A stretch of 64,000 bases of DNA from assembly GCA_024679065.1 (NCBI GenBank), contig JAGIQG010000019.1, forward strand, positions 14,570,001 through 14,634,000. Reading direction: 5' to 3'. Origin of the DNA: Sphyrna mokarran (Eukaryota). How positions within the stretch are numbered: the stretch's first letter is position 1; each line of letters starts with the position of its first letter. Shown piece after piece: positions 63,760-64,000 of this stretch. The translations under genes and the position numbers were made by a program. Below the pieces are notes generated by a model. The model was not told the DNA's origin, did not search any database, and saw only the letters and a program-made list of their open reading frames with translations.

Positions 63760-64000
63760 AAGAACAAAGAAAATTACAGCACAGGAAAAGGCTCTTCGGT
63801 CGTCCAAACCTGCACCGACCTTGCTGCCTGATGGAACTAAAACCATCTATCCTTCCGAGGACCATATCCCTGTATTCCCATCCTATTCATTTTGTCCAGA
63901 TGCCCTTAAAACACACCATCGTATTTGCTTCCACTACTTTCCCTGGCAGCAAGTTCCAGGCATCCATTAGCCTCTGTAAAAAAAAAAAGTTGCCTCATGC
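63760..64000 (-). mobile_element. CR1/HER1 LINE 3' end, runs out of window
   Basis: Reverse complement of the same tail seen at 1650-1855. Confidence 0.85.

Noticed and set aside
1-64000. Prokaryotic systems (CRISPR arrays, operons, defence islands)
   Set aside because: Low coding density and vertebrate SINE/LINE content; no constant repeat with unique spacers

Overview
Repeat-dense vertebrate genomic DNA. The repeat content (HE1/V-type SINEs, CR1/HER1 LINEs, Deu-type SINEs, Rex1/Babar, Penelope, PIF/Harbinger) indicates a shark or other elasmobranch; the taxon is my inference. No host gene is identifiable, only three low-confidence candidate exons. The main feature is a decayed, 3'-truncated endogenous retrovirus at ~5.5-11.9 kb. 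It has a 5' LTR, a tRNA-Arg(TCT) PBS, a coiled-coil + CCHC Gag, an in-frame TGA gag-pro junction, a WDT(G) protease, a spuma/loki-like RT, and an env with a viral F-protein-like Cys pattern. That combination best fits a lokiretrovirus-like lineage. A possibly related solo LTR lies at ~27.7-28.5 kb. Other notable items: short Penelope insertions with inverted ends, TSDs and hammerhead ribozyme cores; HE1-like SINEs with two different LINE-derived tails; a young CR1 whose 3' UTR contains a SINE core; three Harbinger remnants; a ~500 bp local duplication; an 83-bp-arm hairpin; and a 44-bp minisatellite. All comparisons were made by eye, so repeat boundaries are approximate and family names come from recalled motifs, not searches.
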